Below, piece by piece: positions 32,092 to 45,887 of a DNA stretch of 64,000 bases; position 1 is the first letter of the stretch; every line of letters starts with the position of its first letter. Where the stretch lies: NCBI GenBank assembly GCA_963727485.1, contig CAVSGM010000003.1, positions 726,636 through 790,635 of the forward strand. The letters run 5' to 3'. Under the pieces are notes generated by a model that saw only the letters and a program-made list of their open reading frames with translations, was not told where the DNA came from and made no database searches. The stretch comes from an uncultured delta proteobacterium. Its GTDB lineage: Bacteria; Myxococcota; Myxococcia; SLRQ01. The translations under genes were made by a program, and so were the position numbers.

Positions 32092-32138
32092 CGCCGCCCC
32101 GGTTGGCCTTTGGCCCCGCGCCGGGATAGACAGGCCCC

Positions 32139-33278
32139 ATGGATACCTGGGACCGCCTCCGCGTCGAGTTCGCCGAAGTCCGCAAGCAGTGGGTCTACCT
32201 GGACCACGCCGCCGTCGCGCCCCTGCCGCGCCGGTGCACCGACGCCATCGCCGGCTACTGCTACGAGCTCGGGTCAAACGGCGACGCCCACTACCCCGAC
32301 TACGCCTTCGGGGGCCTGATGCGCGCCCGGCAGCTCGGCGCCGAGCTCCTCCACACCGACCCGGGGCACGTGTTCATCGTGCGCTGCACCACCCAGGGCC
32401 TGGGCCTCGCCGCCAGCGGCCTCGAGGCGGACGAGGGCGACAACGTGGTCCTGGTCGAGGGCGAGTTCCCGGCGAACATCCGGCCGTGGCTGGCGCAGCG
32501 CCGCCGGGGCGTCGAGGTCCGGTTCGTGAAGATGGCCCAAGGCCGCGTCCCCCTCGACGCCCTCGCCGCCGCCGTCGACGACCGCACCCGGGCGGTGAGC
32601 GTGAGCTACGTGCAGTTCGGCACCGGCTTCCGCATCGAGCTGGCCAAGGTCGCCGAGCTGTGCCGCCGCCACGACGCCCTCTTCGTGGTCGACGCCATCC
32701 AGGGCCTCGGACCCTTCCCCGTCGACGTGGGGCGTGACGGCGTCGACTTCCTCGCCGCCGACAGCCACAAGTGGCTGCTGGGCCCCGAGGGCGTGGGCCT
32801 GGGCTACGCCTCCGACCGGGCCCTGGAGCGCATCCACCCGGCGGTGGAGGGGTGGATGGGCCTGGCCAACCCCTTCGACTTCTCCGATCCCGAGCAGCCG
32901 CTGGCCGCCGACGCCGGGCGCTACCACGACGGCGCCTTCAACTTCGCGGGCATCTTCGGGATGAACGGGAGCCTGGAGCTGTTCACCGAGCGGGGCGTCG
33001 ACGCCTTCACCGAGCGGCTCCTGATGCTCACCGACCACCTCTGCGAGGGCCTCAAGGGCCGGGGCTTCGACATCCTCTCGCCCAGAGACACCGAGCAGGA
33101 GAAGTCGGGCATCGTCATCACCCACCGCGACGACGTGGACCCGGCGCACGTGGCCACCCGGCTCAAGGACGAGGGCTTCCTCGTCAGCGTCCGCGCCGGG
33201 GGCCTGCGCCTCTCGCCCCACGCCTACACCACCACCGACGAGCTCGACGCCCTGGTGAAGGCCCTGCCGGCGCCCTAG
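32139..33278 (+). CDS. Class V PLP-dependent aminotransferase
   Basis: YLDHAAV, VDAIQ, DSHKWLLGP, RLSPHAY. Confidence 0.9.
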   Translation: MDTWDRLRVEFAEVRKQWVYLDHAAVAPLPRRCTDAIAGYCYELGSNGDAHYPDYAFGGLMRARQLGAELLHTDPGHVFIVRCTTQGLGLAASGLEADEGDNVVLVEGEFPANIRPWLAQRRRGVEVRFVKMAQGRVPLDALAAAVDDRTRAVSVSYVQFGTGFRIELAKVAELCRRHDALFVVDAIQGLGPFPVDVGRDGVDFLAADSHKWLLGPEGVGLGYASDRALERIHPAVEGWMGLANPFDFSDPEQPLAADAGRYHDGAFNFAGIFGMNGSLELFTERGVDAFTERLLMLTDHLCEGLKGRGFDILSPRDTEQEKSGIVITHRDDVDPAHVATRLKDEGFLVSVRAGGLRLSPHAYTTTDELDALVKALPAP

Positions 33279-34600
33279 AGCGGGAAGGTCAGCTCCTGGA
33301 GGTAGCCGCCGCGCTGGATCACCAGCTCGAGCTGCCCGCTGCGCTCGGCCCGGAGCACCATCTCCTTGAGGTCCGAGTGCCCGGTGACCTCCACCGAGTT
33401 CACCGCCCGGATCACGTCCCCGGGCTTGAGCCCCACCCGCGCCGCCGGCGACCCGGGCGTCACCCGGGTGACCACCAGGCCCCGATCGGTGGCCAGGCGC
33501 ATCCGCCGGGCCAGGCGCCGGCCGTTCGCCCGCACCGTGATGCCCACCTGGGTGCGCAAGAGCTCGTCGGCCACGTGGGCCGGCACCTCGGTGGTCTTCA
33601 CCGAAAGCTTCACCGTGCCCTCGCCGCGCACCACCTTCAGGTGGGCCACCGCGCCCACGGTCACCGCCCGCAGCCGGTAGCGGTACTCGGCGCTGCTCCC
33701 CACCGGCCGGCCGTCGATCCCCAGGATCACGTCGCCCTGCTTCACCTTCCCCGCCGCCGGCGACCCGCGGAGCACGTCGGTGACCACCACCCCGCGGTCG
33801 TTCTGCACCGGCTGGACCAGGAGCCCCAGCCAGGCCTCGCGGATGTGGCCAAAGTGGATGAGGTCGGCGACCTCGCGCTTCACCCGCGCCGCGGGGATGG
33901 CGAACCCAATCCCCTGGCCCTTGCCGAGGATGGCGGTGTTGATGCCCATCACCTCGCCGTCGATGTCCAGGAGCGGCCCGCCGCTGTTCCCCGGGTTGAT
34001 CGAGGCGTCGGTCTGGATGAAGTCGAAGTAGGTCCGCCCCTCGGCCTTCAGGTCCCGGTGCAGGGAGCTGACGATCCCCCGGGAGACCGTGTGCGCCAGG
34101 CCGAAGGGGTTGCCGATGGCGATCACCGTCTCCCCGAGCATCAGGGTGTTCGAGTCGCCCAGCGGCGCCGCGGGCAGCGGCTTGCCCGCGTCGACCTTGA
34201 GCACCGCCAGGTCGCCGTCGGGATCCGTGCCCACCACCTGCGCCCGGAGGCGCTTGTCGTTCCACAGGTGGACCCAAATCCGGGCCCCGTGGCGGATCAC
34301 GTGGTAGTTGGTCACCACGTAGCCCCGGGGGTCGATGATCACCCCCGAGCCCAGGGCGTAGGGCCGGTAGCCCTCCTTGTACCGCGGGGGCTGGTAGTAG
34401 CCCCCGAAGAACTCGTTGAGCCAGTGGGAGCCGCCGACCTGGACCCGGACCTTCTGGTCGGTGGAGATGGAGACCACCGCCGCCTTGGTCTTCTCCACCG
34501 CCAGGACCGTCGGGGTCCGGCGGGCGGCGAGATCGGCGCGGGCGCCCGCAGGCGCCAGGAGGGCGGCGGCGACGACGAGGGCGGCAGCGGGGCGCAGCAC
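33275..34600 (-). CDS. HtrA/DegP-like serine protease with two PDZ domains
   Basis: LGSGVI, TNYHV, IQTDASINPGNSGGPL. Confidence 0.93.
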   Translation of the reverse strand: MLRPAAALVVAAALLAPAGARADLAARRTPTVLAVEKTKAAVVSISTDQKVRVQVGGSHWLNEFFGGYYQPPRYKEGYRPYALGSGVIIDPRGYVVTNYHVIRHGARIWVHLWNDKRLRAQVVGTDPDGDLAVLKVDAGKPLPAAPLGDSNTLMLGETVIAIGNPFGLAHTVSRGIVSSLHRDLKAEGRTYFDFIQTDASINPGNSGGPLLDIDGEVMGINTAILGKGQGIGFAIPAARVKREVADLIHFGHIREAWLGLLVQPVQNDRGVVVTDVLRGSPAAGKVKQGDVILGIDGRPVGSSAEYRYRLRAVTVGAVAHLKVVRGEGTVKLSVKTTEVPAHVADELLRTQVGITVRANGRRLARRMRLATDRGLVVTRVTPGSPAARVGLKPGDVIRAVNSVEVTGHSDLKEMVLRAERSGQLELVIQRGGYLQELTFPL

Positions 34601-34604
34601 GGGG

Positions 34605-34802
34605 CTACTCGTCCGCGGTCTCGTCGGCTTCGTCCTCGTCCGCCGGATCCATGGAGACGGCGACCACGTCGGCGTTCTCCTTCTGGTCGGCGAGGCCCTT
34701 CACGAACTTGTCGTAGTCCTTCTCGGCCACCACGCCGTCGTGGATGAAGCGTTGGACGATGCGCTGGTCGTAGAGGCGATGCTCGGGACGGTCCTTGGCC
34801 AC
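34605..34802 (-). CDS. Small hypothetical protein
   Basis: AGGAG RBS, GTG start, LYDQRIVQRFI...acidic tail. Confidence 0.65.
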   Translation of the reverse strand: MAKDRPEHRLYDQRIVQRFIHDGVVAEKDYDKFVKGLADQKENADVVAVSMDPADEDEADETADE

Positions 34803-34897
34803 GTTTCTCTCCTAGCTGGTCCCCGGAAAAGGGGCGGAAAGGTAGCTTCCGCGTGGGAAGGCTGTCAACGAGCCAGGGATGGCGTAGATTCCCGGCC

Positions 34898-35551
34898 GTG
34901 GACCCGGGCCTCTACGCCATCGCCGACCTCGCCGCGGGCGCCGCCGACCCCGAGGCCCTCGCCGGGCAGCTGCTCGCCTGCGGCCCCGCCGCCCTCCAGC
35001 TCCGGTGGAAGGACCCCCCGGGGGCCGGGGCCTTCCTGGAGGTGGCCCGGCGCCTCGCCGCCCTGAGCCGCGCCGCCGGGGTGCCCTTCATCGTGAACGA
35101 CCGGGTCGACGTCGCCGCCCTCGCCGGGGCCGACGGGGTCCACCTCGGCCAGGACGACCTGCCCCTCGCCGCCGCCCGGCGCCTGCTCCCCCCGGGGACC
35201 CTGGTGGGCGTGTCCACCCACACCCTGGCCCAGGTCGAGGCGGCGGTCGCCGAGGGCGCCGACTACCTGGGCTTCGGCCCGGTCTTCGCCACCTCCACCA
35301 AGGCCCGCCCGGACCCGGTGGTGGGCCCGGGCGGCCTCGCCGCCGCCGTCCGCGCCGCGGCCCCGGTGCCCGTGGTGGCCATCGGGGGCATCACCCTGGA
35401 GCGGGTGGCCGAGGTCGCCGGCACCGGGGCGGCGTGCGCCGCGGTCATCGGCGACGTCCTCGGGGCCGCCGACGTCGCCGCCCGCGCCGCCGCGGTCCAC
35501 CAGGCGTTTCTCGACGCCCGGCCGGCCACCCCGGGGGGCCCCCGCCGGTGA
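34898..35551 (+). CDS. thiE: Thiamine-phosphate synthase
   Basis: [34 protein letters not shown]. Confidence 0.95.
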   Translation: MDPGLYAIADLAAGAADPEALAGQLLACGPAALQLRWKDPPGAGAFLEVARRLAALSRAAGVPFIVNDRVDVAALAGADGVHLGQDDLPLAAARRLLPPGTLVGVSTHTLAQVEAAVAEGADYLGFGPVFATSTKARPDPVVGPGGLAAAVRAAAPVPVVAIGGITLERVAEVAGTGAACAAVIGDVLGAADVAARAAAVHQAFLDARPATPGGPRR

Positions 35552-36279
35552 TCCTCGTCGGGCTCACCGCCGACGAGGCCGAGGCGACCGAGGCGTCGCC
35601 CCTGGCGTCCTACGTCCTCAAGGCCCCCTACGCCGACGCCGTGGCCCGGGCCGGGGCGCTGCCCGTGATCCTCCCCTACCTCGACGCCGGCGCCGTCGAC
35701 GCCCTCCTCGACCGCCTCGACGCGGTGGTGGTCACCGGCGGCGCCTTCGACGTCTCGCCGGCCCTCTACGGCGCCGCCCCGGCGCCGGGCCTCGGCCCCC
35801 TCAAGGCCGCGCGCACCGCCTTCGAGGCGGCCCTCACCCAGGGCGCCCTCGCCCGGGGCCTGCCCCTCCTCGGGGTCTGCGGGGGGATGCAGCTCCTCGC
35901 CGTCCTCGCCGGCGGCACCCTCCTCCAGGATCTGCCCACCGAGCGCCCGGACGCCCTCGCCCACGAGCAGGCCACCGACAGCCGCCAGCCGGCCCACCCG
36001 GTGGCCGTCACCGCCGGCACCCGCCTCGCCGCGGCGGTGGGCGAGGGCGGCCTGGACGTCAACTCCACCCACCACCAGGCGGTGGACGATCCCGGGCGCC
36101 TCACCGTGAGCGCCGTCGCCCCCGACGGCGTGGTCGAGGCCGTGGAGGACCGGTCCGCGGCCTTCGTGGTCGGCGTCCAGTGGCACCCCGAGCGCCTCGT
36201 CGCCCGCGACCCGCGCCACCAGGGCCTCTACGACGCCCTGGTCGCCGCCGCCGCCGCCCGCGCCGCCGGAGGGGCCTGA
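35548..36279 (+). CDS. Peptidase C26 / PuuD-like glutamine amidotransferase
   Basis: [24 protein letters not shown]. Confidence 0.92.
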   Translation: MILVGLTADEAEATEASPLASYVLKAPYADAVARAGALPVILPYLDAGAVDALLDRLDAVVVTGGAFDVSPALYGAAPAPGLGPLKAARTAFEAALTQGALARGLPLLGVCGGMQLLAVLAGGTLLQDLPTERPDALAHEQATDSRQPAHPVAVTAGTRLAAAVGEGGLDVNSTHHQAVDDPGRLTVSAVAPDGVVEAVEDRSAAFVVGVQWHPERLVARDPRHQGLYDALVAAAAARAAGGA

Positions 36280-37209
36280 TGGCCGACGCCGATCTGTTCA
36301 ACCGCGTCCGCAAGACCTGGCGCCACCGCCGGAAGTGGGCGGCGCGCCAGGGCCTCGAGGCCTTCCGGGTCTACGACCGGGACATCCCCGAGCACCCCTA
36401 CACCGTGGACTGGTACGCGGGCCGGATCGTCTGCGTCCACTACCCCTCGCGCCGGCGTCCCGGGGGTATCCCCGAGGCCGAGCTCCGCGCCGGCCTCGCC
36501 GAGATCTTCGAGGCGGTGGCCTCGGAGGTGTACCTGAAGACCAAGACCCCCCGGCGCCCGGGCCGAAGCCAGTACGAGAAGCTCGCCGACACCGGCCGGC
36601 GCTTGCCGGTCGCCGAGCAGGGCCTGCGCTTCTGGGTGAACCTCACGGACTACGTGGACACCGGGCTCTTCCTCGACCACCGGCTGACCCGGGCGCGGGT
36701 CCGGGACGAGGCGCGGGGCAAGCGCTTCCTCAACCTGTTCTGCTACACCGGCGCCTTCACGCGTCTACGCCGCCGCCGGGGGCGCCGCGGCGACCACCTC
36801 GGTGGACCTCTCCAACACCTACCTCGCCTGGACCCGGGACAACCTCATCCTCAACGACCTCGAGGCCAAGGCCCACACCCAGGTTCGCGCCGACGTCCTC
36901 CGGTGGATCACCACCGGCCCCGCCGGCGCCTTCGACCTCGCCGTCCTCGACCCCCCGAGCTTCTCCCGCTCCAAGGGCATGCGCACCGACTTCGAGCTCC
37001 AGGCGGATCACCCGGTGCTCCTCGCCGCCACCCTGCGCCTGCTGGCCCCCGGCGGGGTCCTCTACTTCTCGACCAACTACCGGGGCTTCGAGCTCTCGGA
37101 GTCCGCCGCCGCCGGTTGCGAGATCGAGGAGCTCACCCCGGCCTCCATCCCCGAGGACTTCCGGGACCGGCAGGTCCACCGGTGCTTCCGCATCGTGACG
37201 CCCCGGTGA
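36279..37209 (+). CDS. RlmK-like SAM-dependent rRNA methyltransferase, frameshift near 36762
   Basis: [27 protein letters not shown], then VDLSNTY, DPPSF and YFSTN in a second frame. Confidence 0.88.
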
Positions 37210-37230
37210 GGGCCGGGTAGGCTTTGGGCC

Positions 37231-37607
37231 ATGGCCCCGGATCCCACCGACCCGCGCCACTGGCTCCTCTACGACGGCGACTGAGGCTTCTGACGCCGCG
37301 CCGTCGCCTGGGTCAGGCGACACGACCGCGCCGGGGCGCTCAACCCGGAGCCCTTCCAGACGGCCCCCTCGCCGCCGATGACCCCCGAGCTGCGCCGGGC
37401 CTGCGCCCGGGCCGTCCACGTGGTCACCTCAAGCGGCCAGGTGCTCCGGGCGGGGCGGGCGGCCCTCTTCGTCCTCGAACGCACCGGCCACCCGATCCTC
37501 GGGCGGGTCCTGGGGTGGCCGCCGATGGTCTGGGCGGTGGAGCTGACGTACCGGGTGGTGGCGGCCAACCGCGGCTTCTTCGCCCGGTTCCTCTTCCGGC
37601 CGCCGCG

Positions 37608-37611
<4 letters not shown>
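37231..37611 (+). CDS. DCC1/DUF393-like thiol-disulfide oxidoreductase, candidate selenoprotein with UxxU motif
   Basis: MAPDPTDPRHWLLYDGD-TGA-GF-TGA-RRAVAWV..., in frame with ORF 37378..37611 (ending YRVVAANRG); TGAs at 37282-37284 and 37291-37293. Confidence 0.85.
37303..37321 (+). promoter_or_regulatory. Candidate bacterial SECIS upper stem-loop
   Basis: Perfect 8-bp stem GTCGCCTG / CAGGCGAC with GGT loop; loop begins 17 nt after the second TGA and 26 nt after the first. Confidence 0.75.
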
Positions 37612-38515
<904 letters not shown>

Positions 38516-38519
<4 letters not shown>

Positions 38520-39877
38520 GGTACGCCCTCGCGGCGCTCGTAGTTGTCGAACCGGGTGTAGCTCTCGAAGAAGACCAGCTCCACCGTGTCCACCGGGCCG
38601 TTTCGCTGCTTGGCGATGATGACCTCGGCGAGCCCGTCGTGCTCGGCGTTCTCGCCCTGCTTGTAGCGGTCCTCGCGGTGGATGAAGGCGATGACGTCGG
38701 CGTCCTGCTCGATGGCGCCCGACTCCCGGAGGTCGGAGAGCTGGGGCCGCTTGTTCTCCCGGCGCTCCAGGGAGCGGTTGAGCTGGGAGAGGGCCATCAC
38801 CGGCACCTCCAGCTCCTTGGCGAGCTGCTTGAGCCCCCGGCTGATCGCCGAGATCTCCTGCTCGCGGCTGTCGGTCTTGGGGCCGCGCATCAGCTGGAGA
38901 TAGTCGATGACCACCAGGTCCAGGCCGTGCTTGGCCCGCATCCGCCGGCACTTGGAGCGCAGGGCGTTGAGGGTGAGCGCCGGGGTGTCGTCGATGTAGA
39001 GCTTGGAGTCGTTGAGCTTGCTCGCCGCGGTGGCGAGCTTGGGCCAGGAGCCCTGGGCGATGCGCCCGGTCCGCAGGGTCTCGCTGGGCACCCGGCCCTC
39101 GCTGGCGAGCATGCGCATCACCAGCTGCTCCCGCGGCATCTCCAGGGAGAACACGGCGACGGCGGCCCCGGGCTCCAGGCGCAGGGCGGCGTTGGAGGCG
39201 ATGTTCAGGGCCAGGGCGGTCTTCCCCATGGAGGGGCGGGCGGCGAGGATGATGAGGTCGCCGCGCTGGAGGCCGGCGGTGATCCGGTCGAGGTCGGTGT
39301 AGCCGGTGGAGACCCCGGTGACGTCGGACTGGGCGGCGAAGCGGGCCTCGAGGATCTTGAAGACGTCGAGGGCCACCTCGCCGGCGTGGGCGAGGTCGCG
39401 CTTCTCCTGGGACTGGGAGATCTTGAAGACGTCGCCTTCGACCTGGTCGATGAAGTCCCGGATGCTCGACGGCCCGGCGACCGCCTCGGTCAGCGCCCCG
39501 TTGAGGCTGCCGATGAGCCGCCGGAGGGTGGCCTTCTCCTTGACGATGCCGGCGTAGGTCACCGCGTGGGAGGCGGTGGGGACCCCGGTGTCGAGGTTCG
39601 CCAGGTAGTCGAGGCCCCCACAGGCGTCGAGCTGGTCGTGGTCCCGGAGGCGCTCGACCAGGGTCACCAGGTCGACGGGCTTGCTCTCCGCCGACAGGGC
39701 GGTCATCGCCTCCCAGATGACCCCGTGGGCCCGGCGGTAGAAGTCCTCGGGGTGGAGCTGGTCCTCGAGCTCATGGAGGACCTCGGCGTCGAGGAGCACC
39801 CCGCCGAGGACGCTGCGCTCCGCTTCCAGGGAGTGGGGGAGCGCTCGCTCGCGCGTCTCTTGAGCGTCCGGGAGCAT
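38516..39877 (-). CDS. dnaB: Replicative DNA helicase
   Basis: AARPSMGKT, FSLEM, IDYLQL, SDLRESGAIEQDAD, AKQRNGP. Confidence 0.97.
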
Positions 39878-40050
39878 GGCCAGGAGACGCCGGAGCATAC
39901 CATGGGGGGCAAGGTCCGGGACGATTCCCGGCCCGTCAGGGGTTCTGCCCCGGGGAGCGGTGGCTTCTCACCATCCCTGGCGCTATATTCGCGGAAGATG
40001 TATAGGACGGCTCGGCTCGGGAGGGCCGGAACCCGTCTTGGAGGTACGAA

Positions 40051-40254
40051 GTGCTCGGCACCCCAGAACTCCTCATCATTCTCGCCATCGTGGTCCTGGT
40101 CTTCGGGGCCAAGCGGATCCCGGAGCTCGGGAAGGGCCTCGGAGAGGGCATCCGCTCCTTCAAGGACGGCCTCGCCGCCAAGGACCAGGAGCCCGGCGAC
40201 CCCAAGGAGGTCAAGGGGTCCGAGGATGAGGCAGAGAAGAAGCTTCTCCCCTAG
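40051..40254 (+). CDS. tatA: Twin-arginine translocase TatA
   Basis: [33 protein letters not shown]. Confidence 0.95.
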   Translation: MLGTPELLIILAIVVLVFGAKRIPELGKGLGEGIRSFKDGLAAKDQEPGDPKEVKGSEDEAEKKLLP

Positions 40255-40270
40255 GCGGGGCCCCTAATCG

Positions 40271-40885
40271 ATGGCCAATCGGAGGTACTCCCGTCGGGAC
40301 CTCTTCCGCCTCTTCGGCGCGCGGGTGAAGAACGCCGCGGAGCCGGTGGCCCGGGCCGTGCGCCCGCAGCCGCCCGGGGCTTCCGCCGGCGACGCCCCCG
40401 GAGCCGCGGCCGCCCGGGACCTGGTGTGGATTCGGCCCCCGGGCTACGGCGAGGGGACCACCGAGGTCTGCGGGGGCTGCGACGCCTGCCTCGAGGCCTG
40501 TGGCCCCGAGGCCATCGTCAAGCTCACCGACGGCACCCCCGGCATCGACCCGAGGCGACAGCCGTGCCTCCTCTGCGGGGACCTGCCCTGCATCGAGGCC
40601 TGCCCCTCGGACGTGCTCCAGCCCCTGCGCACCCCGGCGATGGCCCGGATGGCCGTCGCCGAGATCGTCGCCGAGCGCTGCCGCCACGGCCGGGGCGAGC
40701 CGTGCAGCGACTGCTACACCGCCTGCCCCCTGCCTGGCCGCGCCATGGCGCTGGTGACCGGGGGGCCCGCGGGCCCCAAGCCGGTCGTGTTCGCCGAGGG
40801 CTGCACGGGGTGTGGCGCGTGCCTCTACGCCTGCCCCGAGCGCCCTCGCGCCATCCGCCTGGTCCCCGCGGCTACTCCGCGGTGA
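40271..40885 (+). CDS. NapG/MauM-like polyferredoxin
   Basis: IRPPG and four Cys clusters; N-terminal SRRDLF. Confidence 0.85.
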   Translation: MANRRYSRRDLFRLFGARVKNAAEPVARAVRPQPPGASAGDAPGAAAARDLVWIRPPGYGEGTTEVCGGCDACLEACGPEAIVKLTDGTPGIDPRRQPCLLCGDLPCIEACPSDVLQPLRTPAMARMAVAEIVAERCRHGRGEPCSDCYTACPLPGRAMALVTGGPAGPKPVVFAEGCTGCGACLYACPERPRAIRLVPAATPR

Positions 40886-41315
40886 CCCACACCATGACCT
40901 CGGGGGTGACCTCGGGGTGCAGGCGCACGGTGACCTTGTAGACGCCCAGCGTCTTGATGGGCTCCTGGAGCCGGATCCGCTTGCGGTCCACCTCGACCCC
41001 CTCAATCCCGAGGGCGTCGGCGATGTCCCGGACGGTCACCGAGCCGAAGAGCTTGTCCATCTCGCCCGCCTTGCGGGAGACGGTGACCGACAGGCCCTCG
41101 AGCTTCGACGACAGCTCGGTGGCCTCGGCCTTCATCGACTCCAGGCGCTTGGCGATCAGCCGCTGCTCGTGCTCGATGCGGCGGACGTTCTTGGGATCCG
41201 CCAGGACCGCCAGGCCCTGGGGAAGCAGGTAGTTGCGTCCGTAGCCTGGCTTGACCTCGACGATGTCGCCGACGTCGCCCAGACCGTGGACGTCCTCACG
41301 AAGAATGACCCTCAT
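40872..41315 (-). CDS. rplI: 50S ribosomal protein L9
   Basis: MRVILREDV..LG..GDIVEVKPGYGRNYLLP, KLFGSV. Confidence 0.97.
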   Translation of the reverse strand: MRVILREDVHGLGDVGDIVEVKPGYGRNYLLPQGLAVLADPKNVRRIEHEQRLIAKRLESMKAEATELSSKLEGLSVTVSRKAGEMDKLFGSVTVRDIADALGIEGVEVDRKRIRLQEPIKTLGVYKVTVRLHPEVTPEVMVWVTAE

Positions 41316-41341
41316 GTCGTCTCCCGGTGGGATCGCCGGCG

Positions 41342-41578
41342 TCAGCCGGTGATGCTGAAGGGCAGGAGGGCCACCACCCGCGCGCGCTTGACCGCCAGGG
41401 TGAGCGAGCGCTGGTGCTTGGCGCAATTCCCGGAGATGCGGCGCGGGATGATCTTCCCTCGCTCGGTGATGAAGTAGCGGAGCTGACCGGCGTCCTTGTA
41501 GTCGACGGTCAGGCTCTTGTCGGCGCAGAACCGGCAGACCTTGCGGCGGGAGCCGCGGGAACGGAAGGGCGTTGCCAT
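41342..41578 (-). CDS. rpsR: 30S ribosomal protein S18 (Cys-containing form)
   Basis: [25 protein letters not shown]. Confidence 0.97.
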   Translation of the reverse strand: MATPFRSRGSRRKVCRFCADKSLTVDYKDAGQLRYFITERGKIIPRRISGNCAKHQRSLTLAVKRARVVALLPFSITG

Positions 41579-41589
41579 GTTCGGGCTCC

Positions 41590-42207
41590 TTACTCGTTGG
41601 CCTCGTCCTTGGACGCATCGTCCTCGGACTCGGCAGGGGTCTCGGGCTTGGCCTCGGCGGCCTCGGCAGGCTTGGCCTCGGCGGCCTCGGCGGGCTTGGC
41701 CTCGGCGGCCTCGGCGGGCTTGGCCTCGGCGGCGGGCGCGGACCGGCGCTCGTCGCCGCGGTCGTCGCGGCGGTCGTCACGACAATCGTCGCGCCGGTCG
41801 TCCCGGCGGTCGTCCCGGCCGGTGTCCTCGTCCTCCTCGGCGGCGCGGCGGTTCACGCCGGTGGCCTCGGGGCGGGCGCTGGGGTCGACCTGGTCGTTGA
41901 TGAGCACGGTCTGCCAACGGATGATCTCGTCGGCGAGGCGCATGGTGCGCTCCATCTCGGCCACCACCCCGGCCTCGGCCAGGAACTGCATGTAGACGTA
42001 GGTCGCCTTCTGCTGCTTGTGGATCTCGTAGGCGAGCTTGCGCTTGCCCCAGTTGTCGATCTGCACGACCTTGCCGCCCTGGTTGGTGACGGCCTCACGG
42101 TAGCGCTGAACAATCTCGTCGACCTGCGGGTCCTCGAGGGACTGGTCGATGAGGTAGATGCACTCGTACTCCCGTCGCAGGTGCGATGGGGTCTGCACGC
42201 GTGGCAT
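41590..42207 (-). CDS. rpsF: 30S ribosomal protein S6 with long repetitive C-tail
   Basis: [18 protein letters not shown]; tail of RDDR and AEAKPAEA repeats. Confidence 0.95.
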   Translation of the reverse strand: MPRVQTPSHLRREYECIYLIDQSLEDPQVDEIVQRYREAVTNQGGKVVQIDNWGKRKLAYEIHKQQKATYVYMQFLAEAGVVAEMERTMRLADEIIRWQTVLINDQVDPSARPEATGVNRRAAEEDEDTGRDDRRDDRRDDCRDDRRDDRGDERRSAPAAEAKPAEAAEAKPAEAAEAKPAEAAEAKPETPAESEDDASKDEANE

Positions 42208-42361
42208 GGTTGCCTCCTCCTGGATCGGTTGAAAACGAGCCCCCGGCAGGCGGCCGGGAGCGAGGGGCGCCGGGGTATGCCCCGGCGGGAAGCGCGGCTT
42301 GTACACCCGGGGTGGGGCCGGTGTAAAGGGCGGCGTCGCCCCCCGGCCCCACCGTGGCCCT

Positions 42362-44476
<2,115 letters not shown>

Positions 44477-44585
44477 GGGAAGCGACCTCCGTAAGGGGGG
44501 TGCGGGACCACGGGGAAAGGGGGGCTGGACAAAGCAGAATTCCAGCCGTTTTTCAAGATCCGAAGGGGGCGGGCCGTTCGGTGCG

Positions 44586-45164
44586 CTAGGCGGAGGCCGC
44601 CTTCTGGTTGAAGCGGTTCATCGCCGCGGCCACCCCCTCGGTGAGGATGGCCTCCACGGCGTCGGCGGCGGTGTCCACCAGGCCCGGGAGGGCGGCGCGC
44701 TCCTCGGCGTCGAAGCCCCCGAGGACGTGGCCCACCACGTCGCGCGGGCCGTCGGGCTTGCCCACCCCGAAGCGGACCCGGAGGAAGTCGCCGGTCCCCA
44801 GGTGCTGCTTGATGGACTTCAGGCCGTTGTGGCCCGCGAGCCCGCCCCCCTGCTTCACCCGGAGGGTGCCATAGGGGAGGTCGAGCTCGTCGTGGACCAC
44901 GATGACGTGCTCGGGCGCGACCCGGAAGAAGTGCGCGGCCGGGCCCACCGACTCGCCCGAGAGGTTCATGTAGGTCAGGGGCAGAAGCAGGGCCGCGTCG
45001 TGCCCGGCCACGGTGGCCCGGACGAAGCGGCCCGAGAACTTCTTCTGCCGGCCAAAGGAGGTGCCCGCCCGGCGGGCCACCTCCTCGACCACCATGAACC
45101 CCGCGTTGTGTCGGGTGGCCTCGTACTGCGACCCGGGGTTGCCCAGACCGACGACGAGGTACAC
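44586..45164 (-). CDS. pth: Peptidyl-tRNA hydrolase
   Basis: VGLGNPG, TRHNAGF, TYMNLSG, HDELD, GHNGLKS. Confidence 0.97.
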   Translation of the reverse strand: MYLVVGLGNPGSQYEATRHNAGFMVVEEVARRAGTSFGRQKKFSGRFVRATVAGHDAALLLPLTYMNLSGESVGPAAHFFRVAPEHVIVVHDELDLPYGTLRVKQGGGLAGHNGLKSIKQHLGTGDFLRVRFGVGKPDGPRDVVGHVLGGFDAEERAALPGLVDTAADAVEAILTEGVAAAMNRFNQKAASA

Positions 45165-45176
45165 AGGACCTTCCGG

Positions 45177-45833
45177 CTAGGCCGCGGGGGTCTCGGCCTC
45201 GGGGGTCTCGCCACCCGCCGCGGGCGCCGCCTCCGCGCCGGCCTCGGCCCCGACCGCCGCCGCCTCGCCCTCGGGCGGGTTGACGACCGCGAGGGTCACG
45301 TTCCGGGAGAAGACCAGCTCCACGTTCTCCGGGGCCGGGATCTCGTCGATGTGCAGCGAGTCGTTGATCTGCATCTTGGTGACGTCGACGTCGATGGACA
45401 CCGGGATGTCCCGGGGCAGGCAGCGGACCATGATGTCCCGGCGGACCTGGTTGAGGATGCCGCCCTCGACCACGCCCTCGGAGATGCCCACGAGGTTCAG
45501 GGGCACCGCCGCCTCGAGCTTCTCGTCGAGCTTGATCTCGATGAAGTCGGCGTGGAGGAGCTGGCGGCTGACCGGGTCGACCTGCCAGTCCTTGAGCAGC
45601 GCGGTCTTGGAGCCGCCGCCGTCGAGGTCGAGGGTGAGCACGGTGTTGAAGGAGTGATCGGAGTCCTTCACCGCCTTGCGGAGGGTGGTGGGGTCGACCG
45701 AGATCGCCATCGGCTCGGCGAAGTGGCTGTAGACCACCGCGGGGATCTTGCCCTCGCGCCGGGCGGCGCGAGCGGAGCCCTTCCCGGTGCGGGTGCGGGG
45801 CTGTGCCTTGAGGGTTGCCTCTTCCATGGCCAT
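45177..45833 (-). CDS. rplY: 50S ribosomal protein L25/Ctc
   Basis: GKGSARAARREGKIPAVVY, HADF. Confidence 0.95.
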   Translation of the reverse strand: MAMEEATLKAQPRTRTGKGSARAARREGKIPAVVYSHFAEPMAISVDPTTLRKAVKDSDHSFNTVLTLDLDGGGSKTALLKDWQVDPVSRQLLHADFIEIKLDEKLEAAVPLNLVGISEGVVEGGILNQVRRDIMVRCLPRDIPVSIDVDVTKMQINDSLHIDEIPAPENVELVFSRNVTLAVVNPPEGEAAAVGAEAGAEAAPAAGGETPEAETPAA

Positions 45834-45887
45834 TGCAGGTACCTCCTGGACGAAACTGCCAGAGCGTGAGGGGTCAGACGAAAAGGG

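Noticed and set aside
32139..33278. Class V PLP enzyme as a cysteine desulfurase or Sec lyase serving the selenoprotein or Ssp system
   Set aside because: No catalytic Cys loop (SSGSAC or RxGHHC) is visible and there is no operon linkage
36750..36775. Programmed frameshifting in the methyltransferase, aldolase, GNAT or ATPase genes
   Set aside because: No slippery heptamers recognised; widespread indels are better explained by sequencing error
37282..37293. Genome-wide UGA reassignment (Trp/Gly) as the explanation for the in-frame TGAs
   Set aside because: Conserved genes such as dnaB, prs and slyD end on TGA at their expected C-termini, and these two TGAs align to Cys positions
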